Source of the DNA: an uncultured bacterium
GTDB lineage: Bacteria > Bacteroidota > Bacteroidia > Chitinophagales > UBA10324
DNA: 64,000 nucleotides
NCBI GenBank assembly: GCA_963977675.1
Contig: CAXBPY010000003.1
Span: 9,216-73,215, forward strand
Direction: 5' to 3'
The notes under the pieces are model-generated. The model was not told the origin of the DNA and did no database searches. It saw only the letters and a program-made list of their open reading frames with translations. A program made the translations under genes and the position numbers. Of this stretch, positions 34,877 to 44,045 are shown in pieces; position 1 is the stretch's first letter, and each line of letters starts with the position of its first letter.

Positions 34877-36292
34877 ATGAAAGCCTACCTTGAAAAACTT
34901 ATTCATGTTGTAGATGATCAGCACCTTGCTAAGCTGAAGTCAATGAAAATGAAGACTTCAAAGCTTCGTAAACTGCTCGATTGCCTGATATCTGCAAGAG
35001 ACACAGGAGGGAAAACCCGCAAAGAATTACTTGAGTACCTGGAGGTAGATGACCGCTTGCTTCGTAAAATGAAATCAGTTTTGCTTCGCCGCTGTTATGA
35101 AGAGTTGGTTCCCGGCGAAGGTTTGCCATTGCTTGATTTGCTAAGCCGATATCGACTGCAGGAAAATTTTGAGCGGCAGCTTTTGATAGAAGAAAAAAAG
35201 ATTCGCCGGAAGTCAAATGAAAAAATGAAACAAGAGTTTTATGGAATGGCTCTGACTTTCATGGTGCGAATGCCGTTCAGTTCTGCAAATCTTGATGGTC
35301 TCGAAAAGATTTCGCTCCAAATTTTAAAGTATGCTAAAGGTGACGAGAAAGAACTTTTGTCGCTAAAAAATTTAGCGATGATATTGACGGTAAGAATGAT
35401 TCGTGAATTTTTTAATCGTGATAAAAAGGCAACTGCGAATGATGATTTTAAAAAAACAATTGATCAGATTTCATTAGGAGCAAAAGTTCATAACGATCGG
35501 GCATTGGAGGTATTTGAACATTTTATACGCGCAGTGCATTCTTACATGGTAAAGCTTGATTACTATGAAGCGGAAAAACTTTTTTCATCCCTTTACAAAG
35601 ACAAAGAACGGCTCAAACTTTTGCCTGTAGATTTCGCTAACAGCGTTTGTGGAATGGCCGCCTCTTCTCTATATTTTACTAACCGATTCGAAGAGTCAGT
35701 CAATATATTTGAGGATAATATCCGGGATAAAAATGTTTTTTTCTTAAATCATCCGCACCTGTTGATGCGGCTGACTGAAGTTTATATGATTACAGGAAGA
35801 ATGGATGATGCATATGAGATTCTTTCAAAACATTTGAAACGCTTTCTGGATACCGGTGAACCAGATGCAGTTCAAATTGCAGCAATCGTCTACACTAAGT
35901 ATTATCTGCTTCTTGGCGATTCGCAAAGTGCATTTGATTATTTACAAATAGTCCGAAATAATTTAAATAAAAAGTTTTTTTTAATACATGACCTGGATAC
36001 CCGCATGTTGGAGATAATCTATTTTATCCTTAATGGAGATTTGAAGTTTGCAAAATCAATCATCGTTCGCGCTTTAAAATTTGTTCGGGAGAAAAAGAAA
36101 AGTAAGGAAGTTCCTAAATATGCTGAGGGATTTGAGTTATTGCACAATTTGGTAATTGCAGAAATGAAGGGAAGACCACTTAACCATTTTGTTCAGGAAG
36201 CGAATAATATTTTCAGCGGATCTGATACCATATTCGGAATCCTAATTAGTCGCTATTGCAATAATGAATTGATTAATCAACAGGCATCATGA
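34877..36292 (+). CDS. hypothetical all-alpha (TPR-like) protein
   Basis: The 471-aa ORF is rich in helix-forming residues and has no signal peptide or TM segment. The N-terminal ~80 aa (KLRKLLDCLISARDTGGKTRKELLEYLEVDDRLLRKMKSVLLRR) could be a small helical DNA-binding-like module. I recognise no family. Confidence 0.55.
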   Translation: MKAYLEKLIHVVDDQHLAKLKSMKMKTSKLRKLLDCLISARDTGGKTRKELLEYLEVDDRLLRKMKSVLLRRCYEELVPGEGLPLLDLLSRYRLQENFERQLLIEEKKIRRKSNEKMKQEFYGMALTFMVRMPFSSANLDGLEKISLQILKYAKGDEKELLSLKNLAMILTVRMIREFFNRDKKATANDDFKKTIDQISLGAKVHNDRALEVFEHFIRAVHSYMVKLDYYEAEKLFSSLYKDKERLKLLPVDFANSVCGMAASSLYFTNRFEESVNIFEDNIRDKNVFFLNHPHLLMRLTEVYMITGRMDDAYEILSKHLKRFLDTGEPDAVQIAAIVYTKYYLLLGDSQSAFDYLQIVRNNLNKKFFLIHDLDTRMLEIIYFILNGDLKFAKSIIVRALKFVREKKKSKEVPKYAEGFELLHNLVIAEMKGRPLNHFVQEANNIFSGSDTIFGILISRYCNNELINQQAS

Positions 36293-36810
36293 TTTTTTCA
36301 CTTGAAAAATCTTTTGAAATACTTGAACGGACACCTCGGGTATTACAAACACTTCTACATGACATTTCAGATGAATGGACGCTAAACAATGAAGGCCCCG
36401 ATACTTTTTCTGCCTACGATGTAACCGGCCACCTGCTTCACGGAGAGCGGACTGATTGGATGGCCAGGACAATGATTATAATTAATGAAGGAACCACCAG
36501 AACATTTGATACCTATGACCGGTTTGCTATGTATGAGGAGAGCAAAGGAAAATCATTACAACAATTATTAAATGAATTTGCCGAAGCCCGGGCAGAAAAT
36601 ATTGCACTGCTGAAATCTCTTGATATTACAGAAGGCATGCTCAACAAAAAAGGTATTCATCCAAAATTCGGAGAAGTAACCCTGAGGCAATTACTTTCAA
36701 CCTATGTTATTCACGATCTCACACATTTAGCACAGATTGCAAGAGTTATGGCAAAGCAATACAAGGGTGAAATGGGGCCATGGTTAGAGTATTTCCGTCA
36801 GATGCAATAA
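36289..36810 (+). CDS. DinB family protein
   Basis: SLEKSFEILERTPRVLQTLL...VTGHLLHGERTDW...VIHDLTHLAQI shows the DinB four-helix His triad pattern. The ATGA start/stop overlaps the upstream gene. Confidence 0.75.
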   Translation: MIFSLEKSFEILERTPRVLQTLLHDISDEWTLNNEGPDTFSAYDVTGHLLHGERTDWMARTMIIINEGTTRTFDTYDRFAMYEESKGKSLQQLLNEFAEARAENIALLKSLDITEGMLNKKGIHPKFGEVTLRQLLSTYVIHDLTHLAQIARVMAKQYKGEMGPWLEYFRQMQ

Positions 36811-36845
36811 CTGCATTGTCTTTCAGACTTCTTCATTCTAAATTA

Positions 36846-37829
36846 TTAATGCAAAAGCTTTGTTTGATAAAACTGATTATTGCTATCAAGCAGCCGAACG
36901 ATGTATAGACCTTCTGAATAATCTTTTAAGTCAATTAACACATTTTCAGAGTTGCACTTAAAATCAGAAATCATTCTGCCTTGCACATCATAAATCTGAA
37001 CTGATTTAATATTTCCTCCATTACGAAGCTGAAGATTGTATTCATTGTTATTCAAATCTGCAATAAAAAAATCTTCACTCAGGTTATTGATGTTATAAAT
37101 AGCCGACGGAGTTATGTTGCCATAGTTTACTGTTTTAAAACTGTATGGACTGCCTCCCACATCTCCCACAGTATAATTGATTTGCGCAATGGCATTGTTG
37201 TAAGATGGAGAATACCATGAATAGGAAGTAACGGTTGAATGTGATGTAGAGAAACTTGTAACATCTGTAGTCTGCTGAACAAATTTTACACGAAGCACAT
37301 TTGTAAAAGTTCCCATTGGAGTTATCACTGTTCCGTAGGCATCTCCGTCTAACTGTGTGGTTCCTGTTCTGGTATTATAAATAGTTCCGCCTCCGTAAAC
37401 ATAGTGGCCTGCATTGTTATCACTTGAAGAAGAATTGTAGGTTAATGGAAATGAAAAGAAAGTAGAAGGATCGCTGTATATTATTACATAAGCTGTTGTG
37501 CCCAGCCCTAATAACTCAAGAACTGAATTGGTTGAATTAAAATAAGAAGTTGAACCGGGTGTAGTGGCTGCAAGGTTTGAACCTGAAATAGAATCAATGT
37601 AGCTGGTGGTTGAAGGGTTAACATAAACAGAAGAATAATTTCCTGTATTGGTAAAAGATGAGAAATCCCAGGTTTGATTGGCTCCGGAAGGGCCTTCAGT
37701 AAAATTGGTATCTGATTGAAATGTTTGAACAGTATTACCAATCGAGGGAACAATTGTGTGTGTTAGTGTGGGTTGTGCAAAAAGGGTGGCGGAGAATAAT
37801 ACAAGTGCAATTGAGAAAATTTTTTTCAT
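36846..37829 (-). CDS. T9SS C-terminal-domain secreted protein, hypothetical
   Basis: Signal peptide LFSATLFAQ. The C-terminal VQIYDVQGRMIS...EGLYIVRLLDSNNQFYQTKLLH is a T9SS CTD. Confidence 0.7.
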   Translation of the reverse strand: MKKIFSIALVLFSATLFAQPTLTHTIVPSIGNTVQTFQSDTNFTEGPSGANQTWDFSSFTNTGNYSSVYVNPSTTSYIDSISGSNLAATTPGSTSYFNSTNSVLELLGLGTTAYVIIYSDPSTFFSFPLTYNSSSSDNNAGHYVYGGGTIYNTRTGTTQLDGDAYGTVITPMGTFTNVLRVKFVQQTTDVTSFSTSHSTVTSYSWYSPSYNNAIAQINYTVGDVGGSPYSFKTVNYGNITPSAIYNINNLSEDFFIADLNNNEYNLQLRNGGNIKSVQIYDVQGRMISDFKCNSENVLIDLKDYSEGLYIVRLLDSNNQFYQTKLLH

Positions 37830-38110
37830 GGTGAATTTTTTAATAAACCAAATTTAAGAACAATTGATATTGAAAGTGAGAAGAAGATCAGTTTGATTTT
37901 ATTCCTTTTTTTTACTTAACAAAAATGAACGCTTTGAGATAAAAGCGGAATTAAATAAATCAATCATCATTAAATATTTAAAGCACTAAACTTTTATAGT
38001 AGCCCGATAAAAACCAAATGAAAATAATTTATTAATGAAAAAGATTGCAGATGCTTTTTGTTAATTGATCACTGGATTGATATTTGTTGACTAAGTAGAA
38101 AAAAAATTTT

Positions 38111-38509
38111 GTGTTAAAAAAAATTTCAGTTGCCTGTCTTCTTTTAATTTCAGTTTTTATTTTCTCATGCAAGAAAGCAGGAGTGGGAGGAAAAGCAACA
38201 TTGGTGGTTTTTATGAAACACCACGATAAAATTATTCCCAATCATATTGGTTATCCGGATACTGTATTTATAAAGTTTAATACGAAAGAACTTCCCGGCA
38301 CCTCGCCATCTGACTTCGATACATTTTTTATTGGTGAAGTTGGCGAAGACCATATTCACTGCGAAGAACTAAAACCCGGCAATTATTATTTATACGGTGT
38401 CGGTTTAGATACCACAATTTCACAACGGGTGAAAGGTGGAATGCCATTTACTATCAGGTCAAAAGATAAGGACAGCGAACAGGATATTAATCTCGCTGTA
38501 ACCGAATAA
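38111..38509 (+). CDS. hypothetical lipoprotein
   Basis: GTG start. The signal LLLISVFIFSC carries a lipobox Cys. I recognise no family. Confidence 0.5.
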   Translation: MLKKISVACLLLISVFIFSCKKAGVGGKATLVVFMKHHDKIIPNHIGYPDTVFIKFNTKELPGTSPSDFDTFFIGEVGEDHIHCEELKPGNYYLYGVGLDTTISQRVKGGMPFTIRSKDKDSEQDINLAVTE

Positions 38510-38608
38510 GCTTTACCTGAGTTATTGCTTTTTCCTTTCACATAAAAATAATTTCATATCTACTAAAATATTTAATGACTTGATTTGTAACAATCGAAAT
38601 CGGCGCAA

Positions 38609-39211
38609 GTGAATTATCATAAACATTTATCGAAAGACCTAAAACTCCGCGAAGCCATTAAGCATGTCGGCGATTTGAAATTGGAAAAGCGCGAGCATGT
38701 TTGTTTTCTATTGTGCTGCTCCATCATGTCGCAGCAGCTTTCAACCAAGGTGGCTGATGTGATTAAGAAAAGATTTCTCGAATTGTATGGAGGAAAAATT
38801 CCTTCATCAAAAAAAATTGTGGACACACCGTTTGAAAAGCTGCGCGCCATCGGGCTTTCAAATGCAAAAGTGAACTACATACAAAATGTTGCGCGCTTCG
38901 ATTTGGAAAATGGAATTGAATACAACACGCTCGACAAAATGAGTAACGATGAAATTATTGAATACTTGGTTCAGATAAAAGGAGTGGGGCGTTGGACAGT
39001 GGAGATGCTTCTGATGTTTACACTCGGGCGCGAAGATGTTTTTGCTGTAGATGATCTGGGAATTCAGCAGGCAATGATCCGGCTTTACAAACTTCGAACA
39101 ACCGACAAGAAAAAACTGCTGGCGCGAATGAAAAAAATTTCTGAGTCGTGGAGTCCTTATCGCACTTACGCCTGCATGTATTTGTGGCGATGGAAGGATG
39201 CAGTGAAATAA
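38609..39211 (+). CDS. DNA-3-methyladenine glycosylase II family (HhH-GPD, AlkA-like)
   Basis: QQLSTKVA, the helix-hairpin-helix IKGVGRWTVEMLLMF and the catalytic FAVDDLG are present. The start codon is GTG. Confidence 0.85.
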   Translation: MNYHKHLSKDLKLREAIKHVGDLKLEKREHVCFLLCCSIMSQQLSTKVADVIKKRFLELYGGKIPSSKKIVDTPFEKLRAIGLSNAKVNYIQNVARFDLENGIEYNTLDKMSNDEIIEYLVQIKGVGRWTVEMLLMFTLGREDVFAVDDLGIQQAMIRLYKLRTTDKKKLLARMKKISESWSPYRTYACMYLWRWKDAVK

Positions 39212-39245
39212 GCAGAAACAGATTTAAAAATTAAAACAACAAATT

Positions 39246-39779
39246 GTGCGACTGAATCTTTTGCTTTTGTTTTTGGCTTTTACAATAAATTCTTATGCTC
39301 AATCTTTTGCAGAAGACAGTTTAAAAAATCGCAAGTCAGTAACCGAGCAAGCAAGGGAAATGGCAGCGGCTTTTCTCAACCATGATTACAAAACTTTTAT
39401 TGACTACACACATCCGCGAATCATTGAATTGATCGGAAATGTAGATGATATGATTTCAAAACTGCAGTCAGACTCAGCTTTCACCAATAGTATTCTTAGC
39501 GTCAGTTTTGGCAAGCCATCAAACATTATTGCAAATGGAGATTTGTTTCAATGCACCTTGCCAGAAACCACTGAAATTCTTGTAGACAAGGGCAGGCTTG
39601 TGAATGAGTCAACCTTAGTTGCCATTTCTTATGACGGAGGAATTCATTGGTATTTTATAGAAGCCGCAGGAAAAACTTTGTCAGAACTTCGAAACTTTAT
39701 TCCGGAAATTAGCGATCAGTTAGTGATTCCTACCCAGCATAAACCGGTATTATATAAAAAGAGAAGAAACAAAAATTAA
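39246..39779 (+). CDS. hypothetical secreted protein
   Basis: GTG start. Signal peptide LLLLFLAFTINSYAQ. I recognise no family. Confidence 0.5.
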   Translation: MRLNLLLLFLAFTINSYAQSFAEDSLKNRKSVTEQAREMAAAFLNHDYKTFIDYTHPRIIELIGNVDDMISKLQSDSAFTNSILSVSFGKPSNIIANGDLFQCTLPETTEILVDKGRLVNESTLVAISYDGGIHWYFIEAAGKTLSELRNFIPEISDQLVIPTQHKPVLYKKRRNKN

Positions 39780-39783
39780 TAAG

Positions 39784-40290
39784 TTGAAACTAAAAATTTT
39801 CTTAAAATGGTTTTTGCTTAGTTCTGTATTGTTATTCATTTCGGTACTGGTGAATTTGATTCGTAATGGGAGATTTTATTATGAGCGACTCTATATTATT
39901 TTAATAGGAGCTTTCTTACTTGCGATATTTTTTTATTTAATCGAAGTAAAATTGATTCCTTACCGGACGAAAAAAATATTACAAAAACTGATAAAGGAAA
40001 CGAATGGAATTCTGCTCACTGAAAATTTTGTTTGTTTTGAAATCTCGAAAAGAAAAATTTATGTTAAGCTAATGATTGAAATAAGTGTATTGGCTCATGC
40101 ATATTATTCTGAAAAAATTATTGTCTGTGTTGAACGGAAGAAAAATGAAACGCTTCTGAATGAAAATCTTGAAAGGAATTTCAAAAAACGGATGCTGGAT
40201 GATATCGAACTCTTCGAGATATTGACTCTAAGATCAAATCAAATTAAAAAGTTAAAACGGAAGATTGAAGAAAAGCTTCTGACGATATAA
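39784..40290 (+). CDS. hypothetical membrane protein
   Basis: TTG start. Two hydrophobic helices are followed by a Lys/Glu-rich soluble part. The call is weak. Confidence 0.4.
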   Translation: MKLKIFLKWFLLSSVLLFISVLVNLIRNGRFYYERLYIILIGAFLLAIFFYLIEVKLIPYRTKKILQKLIKETNGILLTENFVCFEISKRKIYVKLMIEISVLAHAYYSEKIIVCVERKKNETLLNENLERNFKKRMLDDIELFEILTLRSNQIKKLKRKIEEKLLTI

Positions 40291-40296
40291 TTTCTC

Positions 40297-41262
40297 TTAC
40301 CACACTTTATTTCCTTCTAAATAATTCAGCACATAATCCTTCACTCCATCTTGTAGTGAAGTGAACGGTTTTGAATAACCAATGCTTCTGAGCTTTTCCA
40401 TTTTGGCTTCAGTGAAATACTGATACTTGTCGCGGATGTCAATTGGAATATCAATCCACTCAATCTGTTCAGGAATTTTGAGTGATGTGAAAATACTTTT
40501 TGCAAGATCAAGAAATGGACGCGCGGTTCCGCTGCCGAGATTGAAGATTCCGTTCTGTGCCTGTGTTTCAAAAAAGAACAGCAGCACATCAATCACATCT
40601 TTCACATACACGAAGTCGCGCATTTGTTTTCCGTCTTCATATTCTTTTTTGTGCGAGCGGAAGAGCGAAATTTTTCCTTCCTTCTTAATCTGATTGTAGC
40701 CGTGCATCACCACACTTGCCATTCGGTTCTTGTGATATTCATTCGGACCATACACATTAAAAAATTTCAGTCCGCACCAAAACGGAGGAAAATTATTTTG
40801 CTGCAACACCCACTTGTCGAATTCATTTTTTGAAACTCCGTAAGGATTGAGCGGCTGCAATTGCGGAATCAAAAGTTCGCTGTCGCTGTAACCAAATTCT
40901 CCGTTGCCGTAAGTTGCTGCGCTCGATGCATACACAAGCGGGATTTCATATTTCACACAGCGCTTAAAAATTTCTTTTGAGTATTCAAGATTCAAATCAT
41001 TGAGCACGCTCATGTTAAACTCTGCTGTATTCGTGCGCGCGCCGAGATGAAAAACAAATTCAATGGAATCGTGCTGCAAATCGAACCAGTCAATAAAATC
41101 ATTGCGATGAATTGTGTTCAGGAATTTTTTTGTTTCATAATTCCGTTTCTTCATTGTTGAAGAAAAATCATCAACCAACCCAAGATTGTGATAACCTTCA
41201 TCATTCAATCCGCGCACTAAACATGAACCAATAAATCCTGCAGCACCGGTTACAATAATCAT
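40297..41262 (-). CDS. hldD: ADP-L-glycero-D-manno-heptose 6-epimerase-like SDR
   Basis: From the ATG at 41262 the protein reads MIIVTGAAGFIGSCLVRGLNDEG. YASSAATYG, NPYGVSK, FFNVYGPNEYHKNRMASV, MRDFVYVKDV and IFNLGSGTARPF align closely with E. coli HldD as I remember it. Confidence 0.88.
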   Translation of the reverse strand: MIIVTGAAGFIGSCLVRGLNDEGYHNLGLVDDFSSTMKKRNYETKKFLNTIHRNDFIDWFDLQHDSIEFVFHLGARTNTAEFNMSVLNDLNLEYSKEIFKRCVKYEIPLVYASSAATYGNGEFGYSDSELLIPQLQPLNPYGVSKNEFDKWVLQQNNFPPFWCGLKFFNVYGPNEYHKNRMASVVMHGYNQIKKEGKISLFRSHKKEYEDGKQMRDFVYVKDVIDVLLFFFETQAQNGIFNLGSGTARPFLDLAKSIFTSLKIPEQIEWIDIPIDIRDKYQYFTEAKMEKLRSIGYSKPFTSLQDGVKDYVLNYLEGNKVW

Positions 41263-41301
41263 GGCGACAATACTAAAGACGGGAAACCGAAGATTGAACA
41301 C

Positions 41302-41329
41302 GGTCTTTGGTCTTCTGTCTTCTGCCTCA
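41302..41329. repeat. heptamer tract (GGTCTTT GGTCTTC TGTCTTC TGCCTCA) in the hldD/thioesterase divergent spacer
   Basis: GTCTT recurs at 41303, 41310 and 41317. Confidence 0.55.
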
Positions 41330-41346
41330 TTCACTACTTTCGCCGC

Positions 41347-41856
41347 ATGAAAACACCTGCTGATTCACTTACTGTAATGACTGAACTTGTTCATCCGAAT
41401 CATACCAACATTCTTGGAAACCTTCACGGCGGGCAATTGCTTTACTGGATGGATATATGCTCAGCCATTGCTGCAACCAAGCACACACACAAAACTGTGG
41501 TGACCGCATCGGTTGACAATGTTTCTTTTCAAAACCCGATTCGCCTTGCAGACCTTGTAACGATTCATTCTAAAGTTGTCCGCTGTTTTAAAACGAGTAT
41601 GGAAGTTCATATTGAAGTTTTTGCTGAGAACATGCCCGAGCTCAGAAAAATAAAAACCCACGAAGCTTATTACACTTTTGTTGCGCTCGATAAGGATGGC
41701 AAGCCCGTGGAAGTTGAACCGGTTGAGCCTCAAACACTCGAAGAACGCCAGCTTTTTGATGGAGCGCTTCGCCGCCGTCAACTGAGACTGATTCTATCAG
41801 GCAGAATGAAAGTTGATGATGCTACTGAGTTGAAAGCACTTTTTATCAAGCATTAA
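41347..41856 (+). CDS. acyl-CoA thioesterase (hotdog fold, YciA-like)
   Basis: MTELVHPNHTNILGNLHGGQLLYWMDICSAIAATKH is the typical 4HBT/BFIT motif. Confidence 0.85.
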   Translation: MKTPADSLTVMTELVHPNHTNILGNLHGGQLLYWMDICSAIAATKHTHKTVVTASVDNVSFQNPIRLADLVTIHSKVVRCFKTSMEVHIEVFAENMPELRKIKTHEAYYTFVALDKDGKPVEVEPVEPQTLEERQLFDGALRRRQLRLILSGRMKVDDATELKALFIKH

Positions 41857-41883
41857 TATCTTACTTTATTCCATATATTTTTT

Positions 41884-42660
41884 TCAGGAACCTGATTTCA
41901 TGGCAGCGGTTCTCATTTCTTCCGATAATTCTTTGCCAAGAAAATTATCAATCAGTTTATGAACGAGATAAATAACAGGAGTAAGAAATATTGCTGCAAT
42001 GAATTTATAAGTGTAGTTGAAAAGGCAAACGCTTAACACTAATGTCAAACTCCAGTTATTGCCGATATAAAATGCAATAAACAAAACAATAAAGCTGTCA
42101 ATTAACTGTGACACGACTGTGCTTCCGGTTGCGCGTAACCACATTTTCTTATCTCCGGTTTTCTTTTTTATATAGTGAAAAATGGATACATCTACTACCT
42201 GGCTCACCAGGAAAGCTGAGAGTGAACCAAAGATGATCCACATTCCCTGGCCAAAGATTGAATTGAATGCCGCAGTCATATCAGGAACACCTTTACTTAA
42301 GTTTGATTGAGGCCACCAATCAGCAGGAGTAAGGCTCATGGCAAAATAGAACATGATGAATGCATAACTGATTAATGCCACAGCGATGTATGAGATTCTT
42401 CGAACACCCTTTGCACCGAAATATTCATTGATAATATCGGTCATCACAAATTCAAGCGGCCACAGGAGAACTCCGCAGGTCAGGCTGAATGAAATTCCTT
42501 TTTCTCCAAACACAGTCATGTTTAATGGAAGAAACCCAAGCGTTCGCTCGAGAGAAAATATTTTCACCCCAATACACTCGGCTATTAGAGCGTTTGCAAC
42601 AAAGAATGAACTGAGTATTAAAAAAAGTTTGGTGCTTTTCTGCTGAATGGAAATGTGCAT
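41884..42660 (-). CDS. yhhQ: queuosine precursor transporter (YhhQ/DUF165 family)
   Basis: It is a multi-pass membrane protein with FPLEFVMTDIINEYFG and RATGSTVVSQLIDSFIVLFIAF, which are characteristic of YhhQ. Confidence 0.8.
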   Translation of the reverse strand: MHISIQQKSTKLFLILSSFFVANALIAECIGVKIFSLERTLGFLPLNMTVFGEKGISFSLTCGVLLWPLEFVMTDIINEYFGAKGVRRISYIAVALISYAFIMFYFAMSLTPADWWPQSNLSKGVPDMTAAFNSIFGQGMWIIFGSLSAFLVSQVVDVSIFHYIKKKTGDKKMWLRATGSTVVSQLIDSFIVLFIAFYIGNNWSLTLVLSVCLFNYTYKFIAAIFLTPVIYLVHKLIDNFLGKELSEEMRTAAMKSGS

Positions 42661-42767
42661 GGCGGATTGAACTGAGTATTAAAAAAAGTTTTGCGAAGAA
42701 AACAAAAATCCTGATTCGAATTGTGTCATCTGATTCTATACATTCACCCACCCAAAAAAATCATACG

Positions 42768-44033
42768 ATGAAAAAGTTCTTTCTGCACACACTCTCTCTG
42801 TTCACTTTTGTTTTACTGTTGATCAATTTCAACTCTCATGCGCAGCAACCTCATGACAAGGCAATATATAAAGACTATAAACCAGGATATTATCAAAATA
42901 CGATTATGCGCGGTATTAATGATGAAGCCGAAAAGAAAGAACCACCTAAAACTCAAAAATATTTTAAGATGGATGCTACCGGTTTGGATGTGCCAACTTC
43001 TCCATCACAATTTAAAACAGTATGGCGTAATAATCCAATCTCGCAAGGTAATACCGGAACATGCTGGAGTTTTTCCACTACCTCATATTACGAGACTGAA
43101 ATCAATAGGCTCACTGGTCAAAACATAATGCTTTCACAGCTCTTTACTGTGTATTGGGAATATGTAGACAAAGCAAAAGGATTTGTCGAGACCCGTGGTG
43201 AAAGCAATTTTGATGAAGGAAGTGAAGCAAATGCAGTAAAAAGAATTTACCGCGAATATGGATGTGTTCCTTATTCTGATTTTCCGGGATATGCTGGTGA
43301 CATAAAAATATATAACCACTCCAGGATGGTGGCTGAAATGAAAAATTACCTGGCAAGCGTTAAGACAAACAATGCATGGAATGAAGACGAGGTAATCAGT
43401 ACCATTAAGTCTATTCTTAATCATTACATAGGAACACCACCTGCAGTTGTGATGTGGAATAAGAAAAGTTATTCACCAAAAGATTTTCTTTTACAAGTAT
43501 GCAAGCTGAATATGGATGATTATGTAGATGTGATTTCACTCATGGAAAAACCATATTATACCCAAATGGAATACAAAGTGCCGGACAATTGGTGGCATGA
43601 CAGCTCGTATTACAATGTTCCGCTTGATACATTTATGTCTTTGATTAAAAAAACCATTCGCGCGGGCTACAGCATTACAATAGGTGGCGATGTGAGCGAA
43701 CCGGGTTTCAATATGAATAATGTATGCATGGTTCCGAGCTGGGATATTCCCTCAGACTATATCGATGAAAATGCCCGTCAGTTTCGGTTTAACAACGGAA
43801 CAACAACTGATGATCATGGAATGCATCTGGTTGGTTATATGGAAAAAAATGGAAAGGATTGGTATTTGATAAAAGATTCAGGCGCCGGCTCGCGAAATGT
43901 GGGAGAGGGCAACGAAAGTTTCGGTTATTATTATTTCAGCGAAGATTATGTAAAACTGAAAATTGTCGACATCACTATTCATAAAGATATGTTTGAATCA
44001 TTAATGTCGAGATTCAGCACGCATAGAAGCTGA
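42768..44033 (+). CDS. C1 family cysteine peptidase (aminopeptidase C / bleomycin hydrolase-like), secreted
   Basis: From the first ATG (42768) the signal reads MKKFFLHTLSLFTFVLLL. The active-site QGNTGTCWSFS and a downstream DDHGMHLVGY (His) are present. Confidence 0.85.
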   Translation: MKKFFLHTLSLFTFVLLLINFNSHAQQPHDKAIYKDYKPGYYQNTIMRGINDEAEKKEPPKTQKYFKMDATGLDVPTSPSQFKTVWRNNPISQGNTGTCWSFSTTSYYETEINRLTGQNIMLSQLFTVYWEYVDKAKGFVETRGESNFDEGSEANAVKRIYREYGCVPYSDFPGYAGDIKIYNHSRMVAEMKNYLASVKTNNAWNEDEVISTIKSILNHYIGTPPAVVMWNKKSYSPKDFLLQVCKLNMDDYVDVISLMEKPYYTQMEYKVPDNWWHDSSYYNVPLDTFMSLIKKTIRAGYSITIGGDVSEPGFNMNNVCMVPSWDIPSDYIDENARQFRFNNGTTTDDHGMHLVGYMEKNGKDWYLIKDSGAGSRNVGEGNESFGYYYFSEDYVKLKIVDITIHKDMFESLMSRFSTHRS

Positions 44034-44045
44034 AATAAAATAAAA

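Noticed and set aside
42452-42751. A 99-aa minus-strand ORF overlapping the yhhQ 5' end
   Set aside because: It is out of frame with the well-supported transporter. It exists only because the duplicated 24-mer is read in another frame, and it shows no independent coding evidence.
42661-42767. A preQ1 riboswitch upstream of yhhQ
   Set aside because: I could not fold a short hairpin followed by the A-rich ACUA tail that characterises preQ1-I, nor a preQ1-II-like pseudoknot. Only the 24-nt direct repeat stands out.
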